A stretch of DNA of 64,000 bases from Patescibacteria group bacterium. GTDB lineage: Bacteria; Patescibacteriota; Gracilibacteria; UBA4473. Shown here piece by piece: positions 11,221 to 20,467 of the stretch. The DNA lies in contig CBFIAK010000001.1 of NCBI GenBank assembly GCA_965660445.1, positions 224,001 to 288,000 of the forward strand. Direction: 5' to 3'. Within the stretch, counting starts at the first letter, position 1; the number at the start of each line of letters is the position of its first letter. The notes under the pieces are model-generated. The model worked only from the letters and a program-made list of their open reading frames with translations, was not told the DNA's origin and ran no database searches. The position numbers and the translations under genes were made by a program.

Positions 11221-11997
11221 TTAAGACTCTTTTTCTTCAGTTGTTGTATCAGAAGTATCCATTTCTTGTGTTTCTTCCATTGTTTCTGTTTCTTCTGTGT
11301 TTGATTGATCAGCTGGCATTGAGTCTTCCATATCCATTGTTTCCTCAGCGGTTTCTTCATTCATCTCTTCCGGAGTTTCTGTGTCTTCTGCTACCGGCAT
11401 TTCCATGTCATCAAGATGCCGAGGTGGAGTTATTTGTAATCGAAGTCCTTCCACGATAATGAGTTGAACATAAGATTTGTCGTATGCTTCATAAGAAACA
11501 GTAATGTTATTACTTCCGATAGTAGCACTGATATTCGTTGCATTTGGGTCTACTTCATAGGCAGCAGATCCTTGGAAGTATCCAGTTTTGTCTTGAAGCG
11601 CTAAAGCAATGTAGTTTCGGCTTCGTTCACCAATGGTTCGAGTGAGAATAAGAGCGGTGTCTTCTCGATCGTCTCGATTGACATCTCCCGTGGCAGTAAA
11701 AGTGGCTTCAGTGGTCTGTATAACTTCGGGGTCTTCACTTAAAACAACGGTAGAAACTCCGTCTTTCAAACTGACTGGCACTCCGTCAATATAATAACTA
11801 TTGTTGAGCGGATTTGGCCCAAAAACAGCGGTATTAGCAGGAACCTCAAGAATGTTTGCATTTTTTGTAATGTCTTCTTGAAGACTAAAGAACTCAAAGG
11901 CATATTTTTCTTCTTGGTATTGATAGAAGATATGGGTTGCGATAATGGCACTCGCGCCAAAGAGAACAAAGAGAAGTATGGCTTTCGTATTTTGCAT
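11221..11997 (-). CDS. Membrane-anchored hypothetical protein with acidic low-complexity tail
   Basis: N-terminal TM, GDVNRDDRED (Ca-binding/FG-GAP-like loop), E/T/M/D-rich C-terminus. Confidence 0.75.
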   Translation of the reverse strand: MQNTKAILLFVLFGASAIIATHIFYQYQEEKYAFEFFSLQEDITKNANILEVPANTAVFGPNPLNNSYYIDGVPVSLKDGVSTVVLSEDPEVIQTTEATFTATGDVNRDDREDTALILTRTIGERSRNYIALALQDKTGYFQGSAAYEVDPNATNISATIGSNNITVSYEAYDKSYVQLIIVEGLRLQITPPRHLDDMEMPVAEDTETPEEMNEETAEETMDMEDSMPADQSNTEETETMEETQEMDTSDTTTEEKES

Positions 11998-12116
11998 GAG
12001 TAAAAAAGATTATGAGAATACCTTTATAATATAAATACCTTCAGAAAAAAACGCAATAAGTTTTTTATGCAGAAAAAACGCAAAAACAAAAAAACGTGTT
12101 TAAAAAACAGAAGGAT

Positions 12117-12144
12117 TTGACAATATTAAAATTATTTCTAGAAT
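12117..12144 (+). promoter_or_regulatory. Sigma70-type promoter of rplY
   Basis: TTGACA-N16-TAGAAT. Confidence 0.7.
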
Positions 12145-12170
12145 CTCGGGGCTATATATTTTCCTGATTT

Positions 12171-12806
12171 ATGAATACCGCTTCTTTTTCGCTTACGGCT
12201 CAACAAAGATCAATGACTAAAAAATCAGCACGTGATGCCCGAGACAATAACCATGTTCCGGGTGTGCTTTATGGACATAATGTTGATCCAATAAGCATTG
12301 AAATTCCGTATTCTGATGTACTCAGAACGTATCGAAAAGCTGGTGAATCAGCTCTTATCGATCTCTCACTTGGGTCAAAAAAATACAAAGTATTGATCCA
12401 TAAAATCGATTTGCATCCTGTGCGTCGAACAATTCATCATGTTGATTTGTATGTGGTGAACCTCAAAGAAAAAACAGATGTACATGTACCGCTTGAATTT
12501 ATAGGAGTCAGTGAAGCAGTGAAATCAAAAGGAGGAATGCTTATGAGAGAACACGAAACATTGACTATTCGGTGTTTGCCATCAGATATTCCATCACATA
12601 TAGATGTGCCCCTTGAGTCATTGAAAGACTTGAACGATTCAATTTTCTTATCAGATCTAAAACTCGATACCAAAAAATATGAAGTAATGGGGGTTGAAGA
12701 AGATATTGTTCTTGTGACCGTTCTTGCTCCAAAAAAAGCAGAGGAATCTACAGAAGTTGAGGATATGCAAGGTACAGAAGAAGTTGATTCTGTTTCAACA
12801 GAATAA
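12171..12806 (+). CDS. rplY: 50S ribosomal protein L25/Ctc
   Basis: VPGVLYGH, HPV...HVDLY, VPLEFIG.SEAVK..GG, CLPSDIP.HIDV. Confidence 0.93.
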   Translation: MNTASFSLTAQQRSMTKKSARDARDNNHVPGVLYGHNVDPISIEIPYSDVLRTYRKAGESALIDLSLGSKKYKVLIHKIDLHPVRRTIHHVDLYVVNLKEKTDVHVPLEFIGVSEAVKSKGGMLMREHETLTIRCLPSDIPSHIDVPLESLKDLNDSIFLSDLKLDTKKYEVMGVEEDIVLVTVLAPKKAEESTEVEDMQGTEEVDSVSTE

Positions 12807-12846
12807 ACCAAAAAAGTTCTCCAAAAAGAAAAAATACGATTGGTCT

Positions 12847-14517
12847 TTATGCATGTGGTTTTATATCCACAATATGCATACTGAGTGATCGTTTTTCTTT
12901 CCAATAAGAGTCATTAAACGTGTAGAGAATATCAACCGTCATCCCTTCTTCTACGTGAGGAATAAAAGAATCAGCAAAAAATCCAACAAAAGTAACTTCT
13001 TTGTTTTTACACTGCGTGAGTAATCGAATATGGTTTTTGTGCTCGCCCATCGTGTATATTTTTTGAATAAGACAATGCGTAATTCCCCACACGGGGTTTG
13101 GATTGCCAGATCCAAACGGAGCAAACCGACGAATCGTATCAAGTGTTTGTAAATGTAATAAATCAGGAGACAAAAATGGGTAATCAAGAGACTCTTCTTT
13201 AGGGCGTCGTGTAGCAAAATATTCATCAAGCGAACGAATGAAAAGTGTTTGATGTTCTGGTTTCATTCGAAACCCTGCCGCTCCATCGTGTCCACCGTAT
13301 GATTCTAAAAACTCAGATGTTGTGTGAAGTGCTTCGATAATAGAATACCCATCAGGAGCGCGACATGATCCGCCTAAAAACCCATCGTGTCGCATGCAAC
13401 AGGCTATAACAGGAACATTGAGTGTTTGAGCATGTTTTGAAGCCAATAGCCCTAAGATTCCGTTTTGCCAATGAGGTTCGAACAAAAACTGACAATGAGC
13501 ATGCGGTCTTATTTGGGAAATGCTTTCGTCATACAGAAGTTGAGTGAGTGTCTTTCGGTCTTGGTTGAGTTGTTCGAGTTCGTCCAAAAGTTGCTTGCTT
13601 TTTCTCTCATCACTGAGAAAAAACTGAACGGCCGTTTGTACGTTTCCGAGTCTGGAAGCAGCATTAAGCCGTGGAGCAATTACAAACCCAATAGTGTCAC
13701 TCGTGATTGTCTCTGGGTCAATATTATGTCTCTCAAACAGAATACGAATCGATGGCCATTGTGTGCGCTTGAGTGCCTGAAGTCCAAGTTGTACTATCGA
13801 TCGAGCCTCTCCAACCAAAGGAATACAATCAGCGACAAGACCAATAGTGGCTATCTCAAGAAGTTTGTGAATGAGAGCGTATGCATCTGATGGAGTAATA
13901 TTGGATTCCTCTATGCAGGCTTGTAACACTTTAAAGACAACCGCCGATCCCGATAGGTGTGATTCTGGGTATGGGCAGGTGGGCAGAAGTGGGTTTATAA
14001 CGCTGAATGCCGGACGGTGTGTTATGTCTGGGTTTGGGCTATGATGATCAGTAACAATAACATCAATATTCTTTTCTTGTGCATATAAAAGTGATTCTAC
14101 ATCGTTTACTCCACAGTCACACGTGATAATAAGACTTACATTTTTCGATGCGATTTCATTAATAAGATGGTTTTTAAGTCCATGAGAATCTGTGTTTCGG
14201 TCTGGAATGCGGTATGATACTTGCGCCCCTAAGGCAGAAAGGCCTTCCATAAGAAGAACGGTTGATGTAATTCCATCAGCATCAAAATCACCAAAAATCA
14301 TGATGCGTTCTTTGGTTTGTATGGCTGTTTTGATTCGTGCGATGGCAGGTTTGATATCACCCAGTAAAAACGGAGAATGGAGGTCTTCAAACCGAGGTTG
14401 AAAAAATGAGTCCAAAAAAGAGCTTTTTTTGTATTGAGATAAAAGCCATTGTTCTAGTTGTGAAGGAGTCTCAATGGGAGGTGTTGGGTGCCAGAGTTTC
14501 TGTAAAAGCGATGTCAT
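12847..14517 (-). CDS. recJ: Single-stranded DNA exonuclease RecJ
   Basis: GDFDADGITS, ITCDCG, TDHH, PRLNAASRL, YGGH..AAG, PFGSGNP. Confidence 0.95.
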   Translation of the reverse strand: MTSLLQKLWHPTPPIETPSQLEQWLLSQYKKSSFLDSFFQPRFEDLHSPFLLGDIKPAIARIKTAIQTKERIMIFGDFDADGITSTVLLMEGLSALGAQVSYRIPDRNTDSHGLKNHLINEIASKNVSLIITCDCGVNDVESLLYAQEKNIDVIVTDHHSPNPDITHRPAFSVINPLLPTCPYPESHLSGSAVVFKVLQACIEESNITPSDAYALIHKLLEIATIGLVADCIPLVGEARSIVQLGLQALKRTQWPSIRILFERHNIDPETITSDTIGFVIAPRLNAASRLGNVQTAVQFFLSDERKSKQLLDELEQLNQDRKTLTQLLYDESISQIRPHAHCQFLFEPHWQNGILGLLASKHAQTLNVPVIACCMRHDGFLGGSCRAPDGYSIIEALHTTSEFLESYGGHDGAAGFRMKPEHQTLFIRSLDEYFATRRPKEESLDYPFLSPDLLHLQTLDTIRRFAPFGSGNPNPVWGITHCLIQKIYTMGEHKNHIRLLTQCKNKEVTFVGFFADSFIPHVEEGMTVDILYTFNDSYWKEKRSLSMHIVDIKPHA

Positions 14518-14627
14518 AAAGAAAACAAAAAGAAAACATTGAAAAGAATAGGAAAGACGTTATATTCAAACTCGAGTCATGCAGGACATAGTATGCCAAT
14601 GTTTTGTAAAAACTTCTATCTTTTTTC

Positions 14628-15530
14628 ATGGATTTTCAACAGTATAACTTTCGATGGCACGATGAATCAACTGTGCAAATACAAGCCCATCACAAGGGAC
14701 GGTTTGCTCGTCGAAATATGCAAATTGGTGATGATTTTACCTTGCATATCGTCTCAGATGTGTCTTGCTGTGGAGTCCTGAATGATTCAGGGTTTTCGCC
14801 GTGTCCTTCTGGTAAACCCGGAAAATCAAAATGCGAAGACTGTCGAGCACGCGAACAAAAAGAGAGTTTTGTGTTTACTGTTTTTGATGGGTTTAATCAA
14901 GAACATTTAAGTTCTGACGATCTGCAAATGATTTCTGGGCCTCATGTGGTGTATTGTGCTTTCTTTGATGATGGTATGATGAAAGTAGGGGTCTCTAAAA
15001 AAGAACGTATGACGCTTCGGCAACTCGAACAAGGTGCGTATGCAACTTTGTATGTTGCCGAAACTTCAGATGGTATTCGTGCTCGACAAATAGAAACAAC
15101 TATTCGAAAAAATGGGCTACAAGATAAAGTGTTGGCGTCTCAAAAAAAAGATTGTATTGATCCGGGGTTTTCAGAAACCCAAACGAAAGAAAAACTTGAA
15201 TCAGAATGGAACCGTCATTGTGATGTGTTGTTGCAATCAGGAGTTTTTCGGTCTTGTATCCATGAAAAACCTATTTTTCAGTCATGGAGATCTCATTATA
15301 ATCTTGATGCGCTTCAAAAAGATTCAAAACCGTTGCATGCCGTGACGCTCAAAAAAAATGAATGGGTGAGCGGGAAAATAATAGTGAAAAGAGGGGCTTT
15401 TCTTGTCCTTGATACCGGAGAAGAACATATACTTTTACATATGAAATCGTATAATGGGTATGGTATTCGTTGTACCCCAAAACCGTTTGGCGTACAATTG
15501 GGCACAGCGTTACAAAATTCTTTATTTTAG
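14628..15530 (+). CDS. DUF2797-like protein
   Basis: Cys-rich N-terminus, HVVY.A, KVGVS, R..EQGA motifs. Confidence 0.7.
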   Translation: MDFQQYNFRWHDESTVQIQAHHKGRFARRNMQIGDDFTLHIVSDVSCCGVLNDSGFSPCPSGKPGKSKCEDCRAREQKESFVFTVFDGFNQEHLSSDDLQMISGPHVVYCAFFDDGMMKVGVSKKERMTLRQLEQGAYATLYVAETSDGIRARQIETTIRKNGLQDKVLASQKKDCIDPGFSETQTKEKLESEWNRHCDVLLQSGVFRSCIHEKPIFQSWRSHYNLDALQKDSKPLHAVTLKKNEWVSGKIIVKRGAFLVLDTGEEHILLHMKSYNGYGIRCTPKPFGVQLGTALQNSLF

Positions 15531-15539
15531 TTTTCTTTT

Positions 15540-16454
15540 ATGGTTCTTGTTTCTATCCAGCCTCGTAAAGAGCCTTGCACACTTGAGCAAACTCGAAAAG
15601 TCGTTCTTTCAAAATACGATATGCATAATCGTGATTTGCGTTTGGTGTTTACTCGGAAAGAAAAAAGTGTTATTCGCCCACTTGGGAACTGTATTATTTT
15701 GAGTATCCGGTCAGTGAAAGTGATTTTAGGAGACGGAGAAATATTAGTATTTAACGGAGAAAGTCCGAAAATTCAGAACTATTTTATTCCGTTCGTTATC
15801 GGAAAAATAGAGAAAGCGAGCGAAGATGATCTGCAAGTGTTTGAACACCTCGCTCTTGAAATTACGTTGACCTATATTATGGATAAGTTTCAGCGTCGAC
15901 TCGAAGAACTGGATCGAACGTCTATACAGATATTGGATAAATTGAACGAAAATAAAGTAAAAGAAACAACATTTGAACAATTATTACACCTAAAAAAACG
16001 GTTATTGAAACTGGAAACACAATTGCGAGAACTCGAAGATGACCTAACAGAACTCGTGGATGACGAAGAAGATTTGAAAGATTTTCATATTCAAAACCCA
16101 GAAGATGATACGGATAATATTGAGTCTATCTTAGAAAATGCTCTTGAGTCGGTAGAAGATATTGCCCATAAAACACGAGAACTTGAAGAAAATATAGACG
16201 ATGCTCAAGAAATCCTTACTTTGAAAATGAATAATATCCGAAATATGGTGATTAAGTTTGATCTTTTGTTAACGACAATCACTTGTTTTTTGGCTTTATT
16301 AGCAGTTGTGACGGGGCTTTATGGTATGAATGTTCCAAATCATAACGAAGGGAACTCGTCAGCATTTTGGGTTATTACGTCCACCATGTTTATACTTGGG
16401 GCAAGTGGGTTTGGAGTTTTGGCACTCTGGATGCGTCGTAAGAAAATCATCTAA
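15540..16454 (+). CDS. CorA/MRS2-family magnesium transporter
   Basis: YGMN motif between two C-terminal TMs; RDLR and FE..ALE motifs. Confidence 0.88.
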   Translation: MVLVSIQPRKEPCTLEQTRKVVLSKYDMHNRDLRLVFTRKEKSVIRPLGNCIILSIRSVKVILGDGEILVFNGESPKIQNYFIPFVIGKIEKASEDDLQVFEHLALEITLTYIMDKFQRRLEELDRTSIQILDKLNENKVKETTFEQLLHLKKRLLKLETQLRELEDDLTELVDDEEDLKDFHIQNPEDDTDNIESILENALESVEDIAHKTRELEENIDDAQEILTLKMNNIRNMVIKFDLLLTTITCFLALLAVVTGLYGMNVPNHNEGNSSAFWVITSTMFILGASGFGVLALWMRRKKII

Positions 16455-16999
16455 AGTGGGGTTTCTTTTTTTGGTAAAAAGAATGTCTCACTGATCCAAA
16501 TGAACGAGGGGAGGATAAAGAGAACAGTATAGTGTTGAATGAAAAATGGAGCTAAAAGAGACCCCTGAAATAAAGTTTGAGGGTTCGCTTTTAAAAGAAA
16601 CGCTTCAGAGAAGGAAAGCCCAGCATAGAGCACCACAAATGAAGATAAAAAGAAAGAGGTTGTGATGAATGAAAAAATAAGATGAAGCAAAAGCCGAAAA
16701 CTCCAGTGTTTATGCTTTTTGTGTGCGAATCCAACAGGGGCTTTTACAAACAAAATAATCAAAAAACAAAGAAGAAGTGCCACTTGGAGTCCGCCGATAA
16801 AAGTGGGTATGTGAGGTGTTTGTGATACACTTGGGAGAAATAGAAAAAACTGGATACTGTCTATGATCCCTTTTATAACAAATAAAGTAATATATAAATT
16901 CACAATAAACCCAATAATAAATGGTTTTCCACCTATAAATTGAAAGACTATTAAAAGACCTCCAAAGCACAGCAGTAATAGATCCCATCCTAAGTTCAT
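16451..16999 (-). CDS. Hypothetical multi-pass membrane protein
   Basis: About 5 hydrophobic segments. Confidence 0.7.
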   Translation of the reverse strand: MNLGWDLLLLCFGGLLIVFQFIGGKPFIIGFIVNLYITLFVIKGIIDSIQFFLFLPSVSQTPHIPTFIGGLQVALLLCFLIILFVKAPVGFAHKKHKHWSFRLLLHLIFSFITTSFFLSSFVVLYAGLSFSEAFLLKANPQTLFQGSLLAPFFIQHYTVLFILPSFIWISETFFLPKKETPL

Positions 17000-17013
17000 A
17001 TGAAATGAGGGAG

Positions 17014-17574
17014 TTACTTTGCCCGTTCTACATATTCACCAGAATCGGTGTTGACGACTATTTTTTCTCCGGATTCGATAAAGAGTGGTACTCGAATAAC
17101 AAACCCTGTTTCGAGTGTTGCTGGTTTTGTACCCCCTTGTGCACGATCTCCTTGCACTCCGGGATCTGTTTGTGCGACTGTCAATATCATCTTCGGAGGG
17201 AGTTGAATATTGATAGGTCGAGATCCAAAATAAAGAAGATCAACCGTCATGCCATCAATCAAAAACGATAAAGAATCACCAAGTATATCTTTTTGAAGAA
17301 CAACGGTTTCATAAGTTTCTTGGTCCATGAATTCATAGTCACCGTTTTGTTCATATAAAAACTGAGCTCGCCGAAACCCAATGTCAGCAGGTTCTATTTT
17401 ATCAGATCCTTGAAACGTACGATCAAGTGCTGAACCAGTGATAAGGTTTTTTAGTTTTGTTTTCATAACTCCACCTCCACGAGCTTGTTTGGAGTGTTGA
17501 TTCCATGTGACCACATAAGGTTCTGAATCAAGAATTATATTCGTTCCAACTTTTAAGTCTGTGATACCCAGCAT
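17014..17574 (-). CDS. efp: Elongation factor P
   Basis: KLKNLITG, FMDQETYE, PGVQGDRA.GGTKPATLETG..VPLFI. Confidence 0.96.
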   Translation of the reverse strand: MLGITDLKVGTNIILDSEPYVVTWNQHSKQARGGGVMKTKLKNLITGSALDRTFQGSDKIEPADIGFRRAQFLYEQNGDYEFMDQETYETVVLQKDILGDSLSFLIDGMTVDLLYFGSRPINIQLPPKMILTVAQTDPGVQGDRAQGGTKPATLETGFVIRVPLFIESGEKIVVNTDSGEYVERAK

Positions 17575-17736
17575 GAGAATAAAATTAAAAAAAATGTCGC
17601 TTGAAGTATAGAGTGTGTTTTTCGCGTGGTCAAGGGTTTGAGAGAAGTTTGTGGAGGACTTGTTTTTTTGTAAAAACACGTATATTGATTTATTCGGCTT
17701 GATAGTGTATAATGAAAGGAATATAATACTTTTGAA

Positions 17737-18504
17737 ATGATTCTCTTGCATTCTCAGTCGTTTCCTCATTATGGATTAGATCGGTTTTTCGGGTTTGCGA
17801 AATCCGCTGGTTATGATGGGGTGGAAATTTTAGTAACAGCGAACTACGATACTCAAAATGCATCGTATATTAAAGAACTAGAAAAACGGCACGATATTCG
17901 AGTGAAAGCTTTTACGCTCCCAAGCAAAGTGCCTATTGAACTTTTAAAAGGGTTTCAAGATGTGGTCAAAGAGTTTCCACAAGCGAAACTAAACATGTTT
18001 CCAGCTCAATCTTTTTCGTTTACATACAAAAAATGGCTTGAAAATATTGCTCCAAAACTGTGTCGAAAATATGATCTGAAAATGAATTATCGGAATATGC
18101 CGATTGATTTCTTGTTGGGAGTAATCCCAAAAAATTCGGAAAATTCGCTCCATAGTCTGCGAGAAAAGGGTACTATTTGTCTTGATTTATCAGCCGTATG
18201 GTCGAGTAAACAAGATATTATGAGAACCATTCATTTTTTAGGTGATAAATTGCAATCAGTGTATGTCTCGAATGTGTATCAGAATCGTCCTTATTCTCGT
18301 TTAGAAACAGGAATTTTGCCGATTGAGAGTTTTTTAACAAAACTCAAACAAGAAAAATATAAAGGTCAGATTGTTCTCAATGTTTCAGCCCGTGATCTCC
18401 AACAAGGAAACGATGAAAAAATGGTAGAAGTATTAAAAGAATCAAGAATATTTATTGAGAAATATTTGATACATGGTGGAGAATCTTCTCTTGATGACTT
18501 GTAA
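17737..18504 (+). CDS. Xylose isomerase/AP endonuclease 2 TIM-barrel-like protein
   Basis: AKSAGYDGVEI, G.LP...FL..L....Y.G.IVL; metal ligands look degenerate. Confidence 0.65.
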   Translation: MILLHSQSFPHYGLDRFFGFAKSAGYDGVEILVTANYDTQNASYIKELEKRHDIRVKAFTLPSKVPIELLKGFQDVVKEFPQAKLNMFPAQSFSFTYKKWLENIAPKLCRKYDLKMNYRNMPIDFLLGVIPKNSENSLHSLREKGTICLDLSAVWSSKQDIMRTIHFLGDKLQSVYVSNVYQNRPYSRLETGILPIESFLTKLKQEKYKGQIVLNVSARDLQQGNDEKMVEVLKESRIFIEKYLIHGGESSLDDL

Positions 18505-18532
18505 AAAAACCGTCTGTGTGTAGATTGTGAGT

Positions 18533-19111
18533 ATGAAAATACTCATCAATACCGCCATTAAACCTCATTTTTGTGCGTGCGTCGATACCGATGAGCGTCT
18601 TTTGGATGTGGTGTTTTGGGATACTCCACGACAAGACGGAGAACACATATATGCGTTTTTTAAAAAACATGAATCACTTTTGTCACAAATAACCGCTATT
18701 GGCGGTATTTCTGGACCTGGTGGGTTTTCGAGTTTGCGTGTGGGAATGTTGGTACTCAATACGTACCGGTTTGTGTATGGATGTGAAATTTATACGGTTT
18801 CTGCTGATATGTGTATGCAAGAATACAAAAAAAATATGCCTGCTCATACCGTGATAGTCCTCAACTCATTTGGAAAAAAAGGATGGATTGTGAAAGAGAA
18901 CGGGTTTGTCTTGGTGGATGATATTGCACAATGGGTCAGCGAATCATCAGATAGACTGTGTCTTGATTTTTTACCGTTCGAAAAAAGAAATGGACGAAAA
19001 AACGATGTTGAAGTGGATACATCAGCGTTTCCAATAATGCTGTATCGGGCATTGCAAAAATCAAATTCTGTAGCGGCGGCACATCCTGAGTATGGGTTTG
19101 ATGTCGTTTAA
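18533..19111 (+). CDS. tsaB: t6A biosynthesis protein TsaB-like
   Basis: ILINTA, GPGGFSSLRVG. Confidence 0.75.
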   Translation: MKILINTAIKPHFCACVDTDERLLDVVFWDTPRQDGEHIYAFFKKHESLLSQITAIGGISGPGGFSSLRVGMLVLNTYRFVYGCEIYTVSADMCMQEYKKNMPAHTVIVLNSFGKKGWIVKENGFVLVDDIAQWVSESSDRLCLDFLPFEKRNGRKNDVEVDTSAFPIMLYRALQKSNSVAAAHPEYGFDVV

Positions 19112-20370
19112 GATACCGATTGCATCCATTCTCGTGCAAATCGACTTATGTTTCCCGCACCCATAAACAAAAGAATATCGTTTTCTTGCAGATGTGCACA
19201 CAGGTTTCTTACATCATCATGGGTGGTGACTAAGTGTGCATTTGTAATAGATTCGGCAAGTATTGCAGACGATATCTTTGATTTGTCCTCTGCTGAGTCT
19301 CGAGCTTCGTAAATAGGATATATTCCTACCACATCAGGAGTAGAGAGAACCGTTTCGAACTCTTTCTGAAACGTATGAGTGCGAGAGAATTGATGGGGTT
19401 CGTAGAGAAGCCCGATACGAGACCCCGGAAATTTGCTACGAAATGCATCAATGGTAGCTTTTATTTCTGTGGGATGATGTCCGTAATCATCATACACAAG
19501 AATTCCGTTATAAGAACCGATATGTTCTTGGCGTCGCCCTGTTCCTGAAAAATGAAGAACGCCTTTCCGAAACGATTGTATATCAAGAGGAAGTATGTTT
19601 CCGAGTGCGAGTGCGAGATGAGCGTTTCTTTTATTATGGTCTCCAAAGAGAGTCAGGGTATCGACTTGAGATGCCTGAAAATCAACTTCAATTTTTTGTG
19701 TAGGAATATCACGAAGAAGGTCTTTTGTAACGTGATCATCGCTGTGATAGATGACGGTATTTGATTGTAAGAGGAATGACCGAAATGCGTTGAAGTATTC
19801 TTTTTCGGTTTTATAGGCATCGGGATGATCCCATTCTATATTGGTAATAAGGGTTATATCGGGTGTGAGAAACCGAAAATTGTTTCGGTATTCGCAAGCT
19901 TCTAATACGATAAATTCATTACTTCCGGAATGAAAGTTTGAGTTTTCAAATAAGGGAAGTGTTGATCCAACAAAGAATGTTGCGTCAAATGAAGCCGCCA
20001 TAGCACCTCCGGCAATAAGTCCGCAGGTTGTTGTTTTTCCATGTGTTCCTGCCACAGCAATAGTGGTGTATTTTTGAGAAATGTGCCCGAGAAATTCAAA
20101 ATAAGAATACAAGGGGATTGACCGTCGTTGTGCTTCGACGCGTTCAGCATGTTGTGTATCAATCGCTTCTGAATAAATAACCACGTCACATTCATCGGGG
20201 ATGTTTTTCTTGTGTTGAGGAGTGTATACACGAATTCCTTTTGATTGAAGTAGGTGTGTAATAGCACTTTCTTGTTGATCAGAACCACTCACGGAATGTC
20301 CTTGCTGGTGGCAAAATTGTGCAACAGCAGAGAGTCCGATTCCACCGATTCCAATACAATAAATATGCAT
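19108..20370 (-). CDS. murC: UDP-N-acetylmuramate--L-alanine ligase
   Basis: GIGGIGLS, VSGSD, AGTHGKTTT, EACEY, DDYGHHPTEI, PHQFSRT, MGAG. Confidence 0.95.
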   Translation of the reverse strand: MHIYCIGIGGIGLSAVAQFCHQQGHSVSGSDQQESAITHLLQSKGIRVYTPQHKKNIPDECDVVIYSEAIDTQHAERVEAQRRSIPLYSYFEFLGHISQKYTTIAVAGTHGKTTTCGLIAGGAMAASFDATFFVGSTLPLFENSNFHSGSNEFIVLEACEYRNNFRFLTPDITLITNIEWDHPDAYKTEKEYFNAFRSFLLQSNTVIYHSDDHVTKDLLRDIPTQKIEVDFQASQVDTLTLFGDHNKRNAHLALALGNILPLDIQSFRKGVLHFSGTGRRQEHIGSYNGILVYDDYGHHPTEIKATIDAFRSKFPGSRIGLLYEPHQFSRTHTFQKEFETVLSTPDVVGIYPIYEARDSAEDKSKISSAILAESITNAHLVTTHDDVRNLCAHLQENDILLFMGAGNISRFAREWMQSVS

Positions 20371-20467
20371 ATCGTCTTTTATGGTTTCAGTATAGAAGAA
20401 ACCATAAAAAAAGAAAAACAAGCGTAAGAGTATTGTGTTTTTGAGAAATTTTTTTACATTGACTACG

